A program made the translations under genes and the position numbers. Positions 13,433-26,203 of a DNA stretch of 64,000 nt are shown in pieces. This DNA is from Flaccisagitta enflata (taxonomy: Eukaryota), in assembly GCA_965153355.1 (NCBI GenBank), contig OZ231126.1:26660001-26724000 (forward strand), in the 5' to 3' direction. How positions within the stretch are numbered: the stretch's first letter is position 1; every line of letters begins with the position of its first letter. The notes beneath the pieces are model-generated. The model was not told the origin of the DNA, did not search any database, and saw nothing but the letters and a program-made list of their open reading frames with translations.

Positions 13433-13933
13433 AATAAGTCCGTCAATCTGATAGTTTTAGTTAAATACACGCAACTCTATGATAAGGTTTGTTTGTCCAT
13501 TTGTCCGTCTGTTGGTTCGATGGTTTGTGTTTTTGATACTTTTTGTAGGTGTGTGTAAGGGGGGGGGGTTGGGATGTGGATGAGGTTTGGACGCCCCTAC
13601 CCACCCATCCGCTAGGACATTGTGACCCTGCGTCACTCTCTCCCTCACCCACTCTCCTTTCCCCTCCCATTTTTCCCAAAAAGCGCTAATCCAAGTTGAA
13701 ATATTTTTCTTTTCTCTGCTGGGAGGGGAAGTTTAAGGCCTACGTTTTGAAATGCAAGTGTACACGCTAATTTCATAATAACAAAAAATCAAGATTTTGA
13801 TGGTTGGAGAGCATTTCAACATTGATTAGTATTTGGCGGATCTTAACTGTCACCCTTCATTCAATTGTCAAATTGTCAGTCTCAGTCACTTATCTCTCAG
13901 TATCTCCGTCTCTATCTGTCACTCTCTCACTCT

Positions 13934-13999
<66 letters not shown>

Positions 14000-14205
14000 C
14001 AGCTACACAAATATACAGTTAGCGAAATGGACAGACAGACAAACAGACGAACAGACAGGGATGTTCGGATGGACAGTAGGACAGTGATGGTTAATGGGAC
14101 TAACAGAAACAGATGCAGCAAGAAAAATAGAATGCCAGGGAGGAGAAATAAACAGCTCTAGCTAGGCTAAATTCTAAAAGAAAGTTAGGCGCGCTGATAT
14201 CAGAT

Positions 14206-14327
14206 AACAAGGCCAACACCTTTAAGTCGCCTGCGAGACATTCATTATTACATAATGGCATAATCAAAATTACCGACCGACGGATGGACAAAGCGGGGTG
14301 TAGAATCGTGTTGCACGCGACTAAAAA
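14206..14327 (-). mobile_element. HINE family B, short complete copy
   Basis: AACAAGGCCAACACC ... GCACGCGACTAAAAA; absent from the paralogous site GATAAAAACG at 58695-58704. Confidence 0.85.
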
Positions 14328-15203
14328 CGGAAGAGATAGTGGTAGAGATAATGTAAAATTGTTTTCTCTTTTTTCCTCTTGTGCCGTTTTTCAGATCAAT
14401 TTTACGGGAGATCTTTTCTCAAAGATTTACAAAAAAGTGACAATTGACATTATTCCTGCCTGCCAGAGTGCCGATGACAATTGAAACTTTCTCCCGCCAT
14501 TGACAATTGACATGTCATCTGATAGGCAGGATGACAACCTGCCCGCGATGTCAAGTATATTTGGAGCCACGCGGTTGCCCGGCCCTTTGACTTTAAATTA
14601 GATCTTACCACAACTTTTCAAGGGACACATGGGTACGTCTTTTTCCTCAGATCAATCCAAAATTCAAACTCAACACCCCCTCTTTCCCCAATTAAAAGAA
14701 TGTGCGGGTGGACAGCCAGGGTGGGAGTAATGATGTGGAAGGCCTTCCACATCAAGGGGCTGAAACAAATGCGGCGCATACTGACTTGTATTGTATGCAC
14801 AAGAAGCGTTTAGCAAAAGATTCTTCCTGAAATGCTCGTCATTTGTCAATTGAGTTTCTTAGATTACGTATGACAAGGACCGGTTCTTTTTTCCATTTTA
14901 AAAGATCTCTTACGTAATATCATCAGAATCATGAGCCAGTACAAAACAATTTAAGATTAGAACGTTGTTTTAAACGAAATCATGCGAAATCAATTTACTA
15001 CTGATTGGATATCAAATTCCAGAAAATACTAGGCTAAGTGGGTTGGAAAATTCTCTTCTCTTCTCTTCTCTTCGATCGATCTGAATATTTCTAGATGCGA
15101 ATTTTAACTTATTACATCGGTCACGTCGGTCCATTATCAAAAACAACGTCCCGTCAGACCGTCCACCATTTCTTTACCTGCGTCGATGTTGGACAATGAT
15201 ATA

Positions 15204-15636
15204 CACTCCGTATTTTTTAAAAGAACAGTTTTTTAAATGAGGCTCAGCGTTCTTATTTTTTCGTCAATTTTCAGGCATAAACGTTCTTAACCCATTCTTA
15301 TTCTTAAAGCATTGAAGCTTTTTTATCATAGTTGCTAGTTATTCACATTCAATAGAAAAAATATGTTATGGTCTTGGTCTTTGCAAAATTTTGCCTTTGT
15401 AACTTAGTTCATTAAAAAGATATAAGTGATAAAGGTAACAGGTTGAATTGTTTAAGTTGGAGGATTCTGTACAACGTTTTTTTGATAGTTTTCTTAAAAG
15501 ATCATATAAAAATGTACTAAAATATATTTTTATGCTGAAATCTGAGCCTGAGCATGTGCTTAGGTTGTTCTTATTTTTTCCCCAAATCTGAGGCTGATGT
15601 TCGTATAAACAGTCTTCTTAGACAAACTACGGAGTG
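15204..15636. mobile_element. MITE with CACTCCGTA termini
   Basis: TA|CACTCCGTA...TACGGAGTG; absent from duplicate copy B (GATATACATTTCCGAATC at ~59836). Shares GAGGCTGA/GTGCTTA subterminal motifs with 16149-24434. Confidence 0.75.
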
Positions 15637-17884
15637 CTATTTTCCGAATCACAGATTTAGCTAAAACCACTGCCCCTACCCACCAATGTCCAACGATCTG
15701 GCCTTGATTCACATGAAACTAAATCTCTCATGACTAAGGTCATCTTATTTGACGCGGGAATTGAGGAATTGTGAGGAAATTGAGGGATGAATTACAGGGA
15801 ATTAATGAATGTAGAGAAGTTCAGAGGCGGCTCGAAATGTCCAGAACAAGTAACGCGGGGTTAAAAAAAAGTCGCGGAGGGGTTGGCAGGAGGATACCAC
15901 TCCCCTCCACCCCCCTCCCCCAAACACGCACATACAGAGGCGAAATGCACGTTTCTCCACTTGTTCGTTATGGACGGACCAATGGACCAACGGATGGATG
16001 GACAAAGCCTCTTATAGAGTCACTACTCCTGGTAGTCTTGCTCTCCACTAGTCCGAGTTTGAATAAATGATAATCAATCGGTAAACGAAAACCCATTGGC
16101 ATTGTCAATCACCCGCATAACAAGTAGAAAAACGAGGTACAAATAATACACTTTTTTTATAAGCACGCACTTTTTTTGGCTGAGGCTGAGCGTGCTTAGC
16201 AAAATCTCATTTTTGAGGCTGAAATGTGTTTAAATGCGTGCTTATCATTTAACGGTAAATAACTATCCTATTCAGTATAGAACAAAGTACACAATAGGGT
16301 ATAGAAAACAGTATAGCACAGTGTATTGTATAGTATAGAATTAAGTATAGTATAGAAAAAAGTATAATATAAAATACAGTAATGAATGTATTTTGTATAA
16401 AAAGATATACAGTATTTTTCACTGACATTGTCCTACTTTCATATAAATCATGGGATGAGTTAAGTTTCTTGGTATTCTTTTTAGATTTCTAGTGTTATTT
16501 AGTATCATGATATATTTTCCTTTTTTTGGTGGTCCTTGTCACAGCAATAAATTCTTACTACCAATGGTATCTAAGCAATAATACTCTAAAATATTGTTAT
16601 AAATTAGATTATTTCTATTAGTATCCTGAATGTACTAACAGATTGATATTTTAGATAATCTAAATTTCTATCAGAGTTTTTTTTTTTAATTTCCAACCAA
16701 AAATGTCTAAGAATTGGCATATTTTTAGAAATTCACTATGAAGCTAAAATTCTTTTATTTGCTTAATTAAGGTTCTCACGTTTTGATGCCGACGCAAGCT
16801 CGACGACACGAGGGCGAACGCGGTGGACACAGTGACGTCGACATCAAGAAGCGAGAAGTTTCAAAATACGGAAAAAAAAAACTCATATCTTGGATGTTAA
16901 AATAAACTTTATAAAAAACGATCATTAAATTAAAACAATCGCGCTTTGTGTTATCTTCCTGAAGACGAAAGTTAAAAGGACCCCTTTCACACGGAATAGA
17001 GTGAATCAAAAACAGTCAAAGCTGAAAGAAAATCTTTTCATTTGGAAGAGAAGAAAAAACCCGACGCGCGTTAAGCTGCGAAGAATCATAGCTGAAATTT
17101 GTGTTAATGTGAAATACAAAACGACAACGAAAACAACAACGACAACAACAACAACAACAACTATAACGCCGCAGTTTTGATAAAAACTAAAACTGAGAGA
17201 TAGTTCTGCTCTACAAAAAGAAAATGCGGATTAACTAGGCGTCACCTTGGGGAGCTTTTGCGAGCGACAGGATGCCTGCAGATCTGGCAGCCGGCAACCT
17301 ACAGGACTGCCCACTGGACCTCACACGGGACTGCACACTACAGGATGACATAATTTAAGGCTTTGTATATCTGTATCCTTTACCAATCTCCATAAACTGC
17401 TTGTAGCCAATCACAAATTTCATGTGCCCCCCTGAACTTATTATGCAAATTGACACTGAAAGTAACTGGAATGACTAGCACGACCTAATTAACCATACCC
17501 CGTGACAATGATTAATCTACCTGCTTGACCATTTAAATCCTACATCAGGCTTTGCGTACTGGTTATCCCCGAAGGCTTCGCTGCCCCACTCATTTTCTGC
17601 TGCATCTGCTCGCCTTCACCATCGCGGCTAAACATCTCCAGACCAACAGGACTCCACACCATCAGCATCACTTACTTCCTCTGGAGATCTTCACAATCCC
17701 GGCCAAACATCCTCAGTCAACCAAAAGACGTCCACACCCTCTGTAACCCCTGAGGACCTGCAACGCATTCCATCCAACTCCCGGTAAAGTTAAACCTGGC
17801 ACCTGTTTAGTCAAAACTCCCCTCTCCAAGCTTGTTTTGTACTCTTTCTTTTACCAGCCTAGCTTCCCCTAGCGTAACCCTTAG

Positions 17885-19096
17885 ATGACAGAAGATGAGC
17901 TAGCTATCTCAGATGTCATAGCTGATGACTTAAAAAACTTTTGCAATGTTTATACAGATGCTACAGATAAAGATGAGGGACATAATCTCACACTCAGTGA
18001 CAGTCTTTATTACACAGGAACTGAATTTATAGATTTAATCGATAGTAGGAACTTTAGTGATAGGCAAAACCTGACCATTATATCAGTAAATATTGCTAAC
18101 CTCCTGACTAAATTACGCTCATTGAAACTGTTCTTACACAACATTACAACTCCTGAAAATACACCCGACATTATAGTAGTTGTTGAAACTCACCTGACAA
18201 CATTAACAAAAGCTGGCTATACTGAAGTAGAGTTAAGATCTATAATCCCTGGATATGAATTTTTCCACAAAGAGCGAAAAAATAGAAAAGGAGGGGGAGT
18301 TGGAATATTTGTAACAGAACGTCTGAGCAATAAGGTTAAAATTCTTGATCAAATTGGCATTTCTGAAGAGCACTTTGAGAATCTGATCCTGCAAATTCCC
18401 AACTGTATCTCAACTGGCAATATCATCTACAAAAAAGACTTAACATTAGCTGCTGTTTATAGACCACCAAATGGCTGCAACTATGATGCATTTAACTCAG
18501 ATTTAGAAAGCTTCTACAAGTATTTGACAGAAACAAAAATGAAGTGGTGCTGACTGGTGATTTTAACTTAGACTTGTTAAAATATGAAAATCACTTACCA
18601 ACTGCAAACTACATTGACCTTGTTATCAATCACAAATTATTGCCACGTATAGTTCGACCGACAAGAATAAAAAAACAAAGTGCTACCTTAATAGATCATA
18701 TATTTACAAAGGATGAAAGTAACCACCTAGTTAGTGGCATAATTGATGTGGAAATTGCAGGAACCTCTGGCTACACAGATCATCTACCAGTATTTACTAT
18801 TTTACAGACACAAGCAGACAAAAATAGGAAAAAAGAAATAATCTTTAAGTCCTTTTTTACAAAACAAGATAGTGAGGCTAGAAGAGAAAAATTGAGACAA
18901 GAAGACTGGAATAGTGTTTATGAACAAGATGACCCTAACATAGTCTATGACATGATACAACAGAAGTATGGACAACACTATCATGATACTATTACCATGA
19001 CAGCACATAAAAAAGGATCTAATCGCTACAAACGGGAACCATGGATGACTATGGATATACTGGCTGACATAAGAAGAAGAGATAGGTTAGCAAAAC
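17885..19096 (+). pseudogene. LINE ORF2 N-terminal apurinic-like (APE) endonuclease domain, frameshifted near 18540
   Basis: Motifs ISVNIANL, DIIVVVETHL, KGGGVGIFV, AVYRPP, LTGDFNLD, PTRI..ATLIDHIF and TDHLPVF across ORFs 17885-18553 and 18544-19116. Confidence 0.92.
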
Positions 19097-21210
19097 AACA
19101 AGGCCAACACCTATAAGTCGCGTGCAGGACAAAAATAACTGAACTGACCTGACTCCTTATTGTATCTTTTTATTGAAAATCAGACTTAAACGCAACCCAA
19201 AAAGACACAAACCAGACTCAAACCAGACTCAACGGAGACTCAAACCAGAATTAAACCAGACCGAAACCAGACCTAAATCAGACATAAATCAGACATAAAC
19301 CAGACATAAACCAGATTTAAGCCAGACTCAAACCAGACTCAAACCAGACTCAAACCAGACTTAAACCAGACTGAAACCAGGCTCAAACCAGGCTCAAACC
19401 AGGCTCAAACCAGGCTCAAACCAGAACCAAACCAGACTCAAACCAGACTCAAACCAGACTCAAACCAGAATTAAACCAGACCAAAACCAGACCAAAACCA
19501 GACCTAAATCAGACCTAAATCAAACATAAACCAGACAAAACCAGACATAGACCAGACCTAAACCAGACCTAACCCAAACCTAAACCAGACATAAATCAGA
19601 CATGAACCAGTCTTAAACCAGACTTAAACCAGACTTAAACCCGACTTAAACCAGACTTAAACCATACTTATCATTAGTATCATTTTTACCAGCAGACTTA
19701 AACCATTAGACCAGCAGACTTAAACCATTAGATTTAAACCAGCAGACTTAAACCAGCAGACTTAAACCAGCAGATTCAAACCAGCAGACTTTAACCAGCA
19801 GACTTAACCCATTAGATTTAAACCAGCTGACTTAAACCAGCAGATTTAAACCAGCAGATTTAAACCATGAGACTTTTACCATCAGACTTTACCTAGCAGA
19901 CTTTAACCAGCAGACTCTAACCTGCAGACTTGAACCAGCAGACTTCAACCAGCAGACTTTAACCAAAAATGACCAAAAATGACCAAAAATGACCAAAAAT
20001 GACCAAAAATGACCAAAAATGACCAAAAATGACCAAAATGACCAAAAATGACCAAAAATGATCAAAATGATCAAAATGACCAAAAATGACCAAAAATGAC
20101 CAAAATGACCAAAATGACCAAAAATGACCAAAATGATCAAAATGGCCAAAATGACCAAAAATGACCAAAATGACCAGAAATGACCAAAAATGATCAAAAA
20201 TGACCAAAAATGATCAAAATGACCAAAATGACCAGAAATGACCAGAAATGACCAAAAATGACCAAAAATGACCAAAAATGATCAAAAATGACCAAAAATG
20301 ACCAAAAATGATCAAAATGACCAAAATGACCAGAAATGACCAGAAATGACCAAAAATGACCAAAAATGATCAAAAATGACCAAAAATGACCAAAAATGAC
20401 CAAAAATGACCAAAAATGACCAAAAATGACCAAAAATGACCAAAAATGACCAAAATGATCAAAATGACCCAAAATGACCAAAAATGACCAAATTGACCAA
20501 AATGACCAAAAATCACCAAAATGACCAAAATGACCAAAAATCACCAAAGATGACCAAAAAATGACCAAAAATGACCAGAAATGACCAAAATGACCAAAAC
20601 GACCAAAAATGACCAAAAATGATCAAAAATGACCAAAAATGACCAAAAATGACCAAAAATGACCAAAAATGACCAAAAATGACCAAAAATGACCAAAATG
20701 ATCAAAAATGACCAAAATGACCAAAATGACCAAAATGACCAAAATGACCAAAAATGACCAAAAATGACCAAAAATGACCAAAAATGACCAAAAATGACCA
20801 AAAATGACCAAAAATGACCAAAAATGACCAAAATGACCAAAATGACCAAAAATGACCAAAATTGATCAAAATTGATCAAAATTGATCAAAATTGATCAAA
20901 ATTGATCAAAAATGACCAAAAATGACCAAAATTGACCAAAATGACCAAAATGACCAAAATGACCAAAATGACCAAAATGACCAAAATGACCAAAAATGAC
21001 CAAAAATGACTAAAAGCAACCAATAATTCCAAAAAAACAAAAAAAATGATTCAAAATAACTCCAGACTACCCAAAAAGACGCAAAAAATGACCAAAAATG
21101 ACCAAAATAGCCAAAAATGACCAAAATGACCAAAATGACCAAAATGACCAAAATGACCAAAAATGACCGAAAATGACTAAAAGCAACCAATAATTCCCAA
21201 AAACAACAAC
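19097..21210 (-). mobile_element. HINE family B 3' end followed by a ~2-kb three-tier satellite array (11-bp, 14-bp, 9/10-bp units) inserted in LINE ORF2
   Basis: Begins AACAAGGCCAACACCTATAAGTCGCGTGC (as at 8820 and 14206), then (AAACCAGACTC)n ~19210-19665, (AAACCAGCAGACTT)n ~19685-19962 and (AAAA[A]TGACC)n ~19963-21180. Confidence 0.8.
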
Positions 21211-21305
21211 AAAATGATACAACAAAATGGACAACAAAATAATACTAGACCAAAACAGCACAAAAAAAGGATCTAATCGCTACCGACGGGAACCATGGAT
21301 GACCG

Positions 21306-23290
21306 ATGGACATACTGGCTGACATAAGAAGAAGAGATAGGTTAGCAAAACAAAAACATAGACGCGAGGATTACAAAAAACTGAGAAATGAAATAGTATC
21401 AAAGACCCGCAGAGCAGAACGTGAACACATTTGCCAACAGATTGAAAACAATTATGGTAATATAAAGAAACATTGGAGTGTAATTAAGAAGGCAACAAAT
21501 AAAATGAACAATAAGGAAGATACCCCCAATGAATTCCACTACCAAGGCAACTCCGTAACAAATCCTCAAACTAATGCAGAAAATTTTAATGACTACTACT
21601 CTAAAATAGGAATAGATACTAACAAAAGTGTTGGTGAACCTTCTCATAGCTCTAAACACTATCTTCAAAAGCATAAAGCTAGAAATACTAATTCTCTATT
21701 GTTCAGTAATGTCTCTCACGATGATGTGATACAGGTCTGCAAAAAATTCACACCCAAGACTAGTACAGACTCTGCCGGCTTTCAGCAAAACATCATTCTT
21801 AGTGATATAGATATAATGGCTCCAGTTTTAGCACACTTAGTCAATTGCTCCATGAATACAGGAATATTCCCTGAAAATGGTAAAGTAGCAAGGGTTATTC
21901 CAGTATATAAACTTAAGGGAGACAAACAACTTTATGAGAACTACAGACCAATTTCTCTCTTACCTGTCTTCTCAAAAATCATTGAACGCCTTATTTACAA
22001 CAAGGTCTTTGAATTTCTGGTCCGTTATGAGATTCTGTTTGAGTCACAGTATGGTTTCAGGTCAGGTCACAACACAACTTTATAAAAAACATTGAAAATT
22101 CTATAGAGTCAGGAAACTATGCTATTGGAGTATTTTGTGACCTCAGTAAGGCCTTTGATACCCTAAACCATGAAATTCTGATAAGTAAACTAGAACACTA
22201 TGGCATTCGTGGTACTGCACTCATGTGGTTTGAATCCTATCTAAAAAATCGTATCCAATATGTAGAACTTAATGGATTTAAAAGCAGCTGCTTACCGCTA
22301 AAGACTGGGGTTCCCCAGGGCAGTATATTGGGTCCTCTACTATTCCTGTTATACATAAATGATTTGCCATCGGCCTCAAAATTGAAGTGTGTTATCTTTG
22401 CTGATGACACAAACCTTCTCATTGAAGGAAATGATCTTGGGAAAATGATAGATAGTCTGAATAAGGAGCTAATAGAAATTAGTGACTTCTTCAAGGCAAA
22501 TCAACTTAAGTTAAACCCCAAAAAGACTAAATCAGTCATTTTTAGAAGAAAGACACTCCGACATGACTATGAACAATCTGACATACTTCTTGATGGAGAA
22601 GTCCTGACAGTCAATGATGAGGCCTCATTTCTCGGAATTACAATAGATAGTAACTTGAGCTGGGAAAAACATTGTACAAATGTTGCTAATAAGATTTCAC
22701 GAAACAATAGTGTCATAAATAGAATGAAAAACTTGCTCCCACCCAAAACATTAAAGATACTCTACCATTCATTCATTCAGCCACATGTGCAATATGGCCT
22801 TCCAGCATGGGGAGGTTGCAATGCTCAAAATAGGAAAAGAATTATAAATATCCAAAAGAGAGCCATAAGAACAATTACAAAATCTTATTTTTCAGCACAC
22901 ACTGAGCCACGAATGAAAGAGCTTGGCCTACTAAAATTTAATGATTTGTACGAGCAACAGTGCTTGATGCTAACCCATGACTGTTTTTTTCAAAGAGCAC
23001 CCAAAATGATTACAAACTTAATTAGTAGGCAGAACTCCGAGTACAATCTTAGAGGGCAAGCTCAAAATCCCCTTGATCTTAAAATCCCCAACCTTAAATC
23101 AAGGGCAGCTAGTAATAGCTTCAGTGCCAAAGCTCCAGTGCAATGGAATAATACCCCCATAGAGTTAAGACAAATTGAACAAAAGCCACTTTTCAAGAGA
23201 AAGATAAAAAAGGCGATTCTCAATAGATATGATCACAAAACTGATTGTAACAATCCTAGATGCAAAGATAGAAAACACCACACTACTTAA
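21306..23290 (+). pseudogene. LINE ORF2 reverse transcriptase domain, frameshift/deletion near 22080
   Basis: NYRPISLLPVFSKIIERL, QYGFRSG, CDLSKAFD (22082-22222, frame of next ORF), GVPQGSILGPLLFL, IFADDT, FLGITID..LSW, and a C-terminal CNNPRC. Confidence 0.93.
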
Positions 23291-25705
23291 AGTTAAACAA
23301 AGCTCACTTAGTCAGGTCGTTTGGTTAGGTTTGGATAGGGTTTGCTAGGTTAGGTTTGCTAGGTACAAATAGGCCCTTTTTTTTTCTCTATTTCCTACTT
23401 ACAACTAAACCCATTAAAACTAATTTTCTCTGATATTCAATGCCATCTCGATGGCACCCAGACAGTTCCTGGCCCTCACAGGCCATGTCCTGTCAGACCA
23501 TAGCCCTCTTGTCATATTATGAAACTCAGCTTTAGCCCAATTAAAGGTAAACACAAGGGGGTGTCCTTCAAAGGACAGACTCTTCCCCGCTATACCTGTT
23601 TGTTTTCTCAAACAGTGTCCCTAGCGGATCCTCATAACAACGGTACAGTAACAGAAATTTGTATTGAGTTGATCTTCATGTTGATTGGTATCTGTATTTA
23701 ACCTCATAATCAATTCACTTCTTCGCGAATATTGCAATGATAATCTACGTAGGCAAGATGGATTGTCTAGAAAGCTGTGCACAAAACTGATTTGAGCCTA
23801 ATCATATTATGTACGACTAGTGCGCAGTTTGCTCCCCCATGAAGCAGGGGATCTTCTTGTGGGTGCCTTTTCTGGTCTTTCTCCATCTTTTCTTCTCAGG
23901 AACACCTGGCTCTGACATCGCCTCATCAAACTTGAAGAAAATGAACATCCGATATCCAACATCCAACACCCTTCTGAATCCCAAATACTTGTAACCTAGT
24001 ATTTATAACTGTCTATCGTTATATGGTAGCATATACCATCTTGAATAATTATTTATTCGGTTTTTTTCTTGTTGATGCCTTTATCTAACGTACCTGTACG
24101 TTTTTGTTATGTACATTTTTGTACTCTCTCTTTTTTTAAAGAATACTTACTAACGATACTCTTGTACAATGAGGGCTAGCTAGAGCAAGCCCGTCGTGAA
24201 TTTGAAAAAAAAACTTGTCACATAAATAGACTTAGACACTGGAGGCTAAGTCATGGTCCTCCCCGACAAAACATGTCACTCCTTGATGTTAACCACTGTT
24301 CATGTTGGGAAATAAACTGTTTGATTTGATTTGATTTGAAATCTCAGCCTGGAGCGTGCTTAGCACTGTGCTTAGATTTCCCAATATCTGAGGCTGGGCG
24401 TGCTTATAAACGAGGTGCTTATAAAAAAAAAGTGTAGCCAACCCAGAAAGACAACGACGGCAAAAAAAAACCTGTGGCAGCTCGGTATAGGTCAATAATG
24501 TTCAGAGATACAATTGATAGAGCTAGGGATAAGGGCTGATAGAGCTGGGGGATAGGTCTGATGGCGCTAGGGATAGGTCTAAGAATCAATAACGCCCGGC
24601 GCACCGTCTTGACCCGTGTATCCGGCCTTGTTTATTAAAGGACTGTCTTTGAATCACTGCCCCTGCCAGACCACGTGCAACCACTTTGTATCAGTCCTAT
24701 CAGGCTTGTTTAAAATTCAGCTGAAATAGTTAGATGTTTCATTTAGTTGACTCTTGGCCCACTGCGTCTCGACGGTTGGATTGATCGTTGGTCTAGCATA
24801 AACATTTTGTCCACAGCCATTTTGTCCACAGCCTCATTTTGAAGTAGTTTTGCATTTTTCAACTTAATCAAAATTGACACATTGCTTACAGGAGTGTTTT
24901 TCTTCAACATTCTCTTATTTCTAAAGACAGAGCGACAAATGCGAGATGGGTCTCAAATGAAAGTTAATTTGATGTATTTTGCCATATTTTCTTTTGTTGG
25001 TAATATTGAACACAAAAAACATTTTGTTTTTTTGTTTTTTGTTTTTTGTTTATTCCGCTTCGAGTTCGACCTCGGCACATAAATGCTTCAAGTAGCTTAG
25101 GAATACGGGTTTTTAGGTGCGCCACAGCACTTCTTTAAGAAGCTCTGCCCGATGGTTGGTCTGTCTGTCGGTCACTTGTCCATCATTCCTGTTCCTTGTC
25201 ATTTCATTCATCATCATATTCAGCTATGCTTAGGTCTGATGAAGCTTGGGAAAGGTCTCACTATAGGCGTTTTGGGCGATACCGGCATAGTATTATTTTG
25301 GTCACTTTTAGGATATTTTTTGTATAATACAGACCTATGAGTGTATTAGAAGCTAAAACAAGGAAAAATATCCAGCTTTACGGGCCCCAAAGGGCCCTCT
25401 GGGCCCCAGAATGTTGATTTTGAGGAAAAATAAGCTTTTTTGCCTATTTCTTATACTAAAATGATTTCTTTGTGCCTATGTATAACCTTGCTTGGGTCAA
25501 GCTAGCCCTATCAAGCAATATTATATAGTTTTACGGGCCCAAAGGGCCCAAAAATGGCCAAAAAATGGTTATTCTGAGGAAAAAAAGCTTTTTTGGGCAG
25601 CGGCTCCGAAGAGGACAAAGTCCTCCTGTAGAACACAGGGGGACTTTCGTTCGTTCGTTCGTCCGTTTGTCCATCCCCCCCCCTATCAGTAGCCTAACAA
25701 TAATT

Positions 25706-25991
25706 CATGCTATGTCATAGAAAAGTTCTCTATCAGAGGGATATGATCCAAAATCTTGTTTACAAATGGTCCATGAAAAAAATTTAGCCCTGGAACACCA
25801 GTAAATTGGCGCCGCCACTAGCCCCCTTTCCCATGATAAAATATCCTTCCTGTACATTTTCAATGGGATATGAGGGGGGTGGCGGCGGTATTTCTTAGAA
25901 GTCCCAGGTCCAAATTTTTGTAGTGGTTTATATGTGTACATGATTTTGAGTGATATCCCTATGATAGAGAACTTTCCTATGACTTTGGATG
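25706..25991. mobile_element. MITE with ~55-bp inverted ends, nested in a HINE
   Basis: GTCATAGAAAAGTTCTCTATCAGAGGGATAT mirrored by ATATCCCTATGATAGAGAACTTTCCTATGAC. Confidence 0.65.
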
Positions 25992-26203
25992 AACTCTTGT
26001 TATGCTACTTATCAGGCCCCTCAGGCCTAAAATCTAGCCTCTCAGGCCTCAAATTCAGCCTCTCAGGCCTCAAATCCAGCCTCTCAGGCCTCAAAACCAG
26101 CCTCTCAGGCCTCAAATCCAGCTTCTCAGGCCTCAAATCCGGCCTCTCAGGCCTCAAATCCAACCTAGCAGGCCTCAAACCTGGCCTTTCAGAATTCAAA
26201 ATA

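Larger units (their letters stand above)
12840..16148 (+). repeat. Segmental duplication, copy A (continues 24437-24479 after an 8.3-kb insertion)
   Basis: Colinear similarity to ~54900-60387, e.g. 13190 vs 55176, 13620 vs 58030, 14438 vs 59083, 15645 vs 59845, 16130 vs 60325, 24437 vs 60343. Confidence 0.9.
16776..24339 (+). mobile_element. Non-LTR retrotransposon (LINE), CR1/L2/Crack group, near full length, disrupted
   Basis: APE+RT ORF2 pieces, ~1-kb 3' UTR ending AATAAA then a (TTTGA)4 tail at ~24319-24339. The 5' boundary is estimated from the composition shift and is approximate. Confidence 0.85.
16149..24434. mobile_element. TA-TSD TIR element (CACTTTTTTTATAAGCAC termini) hosting the LINE insertion
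   Basis: TA|CACTTTTTTTATAAGCAC ... GTGCTTATAAAAAAAAAGTG|TA; the empty site GTACAAATAATAGCCAACCC is seen in copy B at 60331-60350. A related left end lies at ~36430. Confidence 0.85.

Noticed and set aside
19889-21261. GHFWSFLVIF-repeat 'membrane proteins'
   Set aside because: Translation of the 9/10-bp satellite in shifting frames.
23318-23363. TTAGG-like telomeric repeats
   Set aside because: Short, degenerate and inside the LINE 3' UTR.
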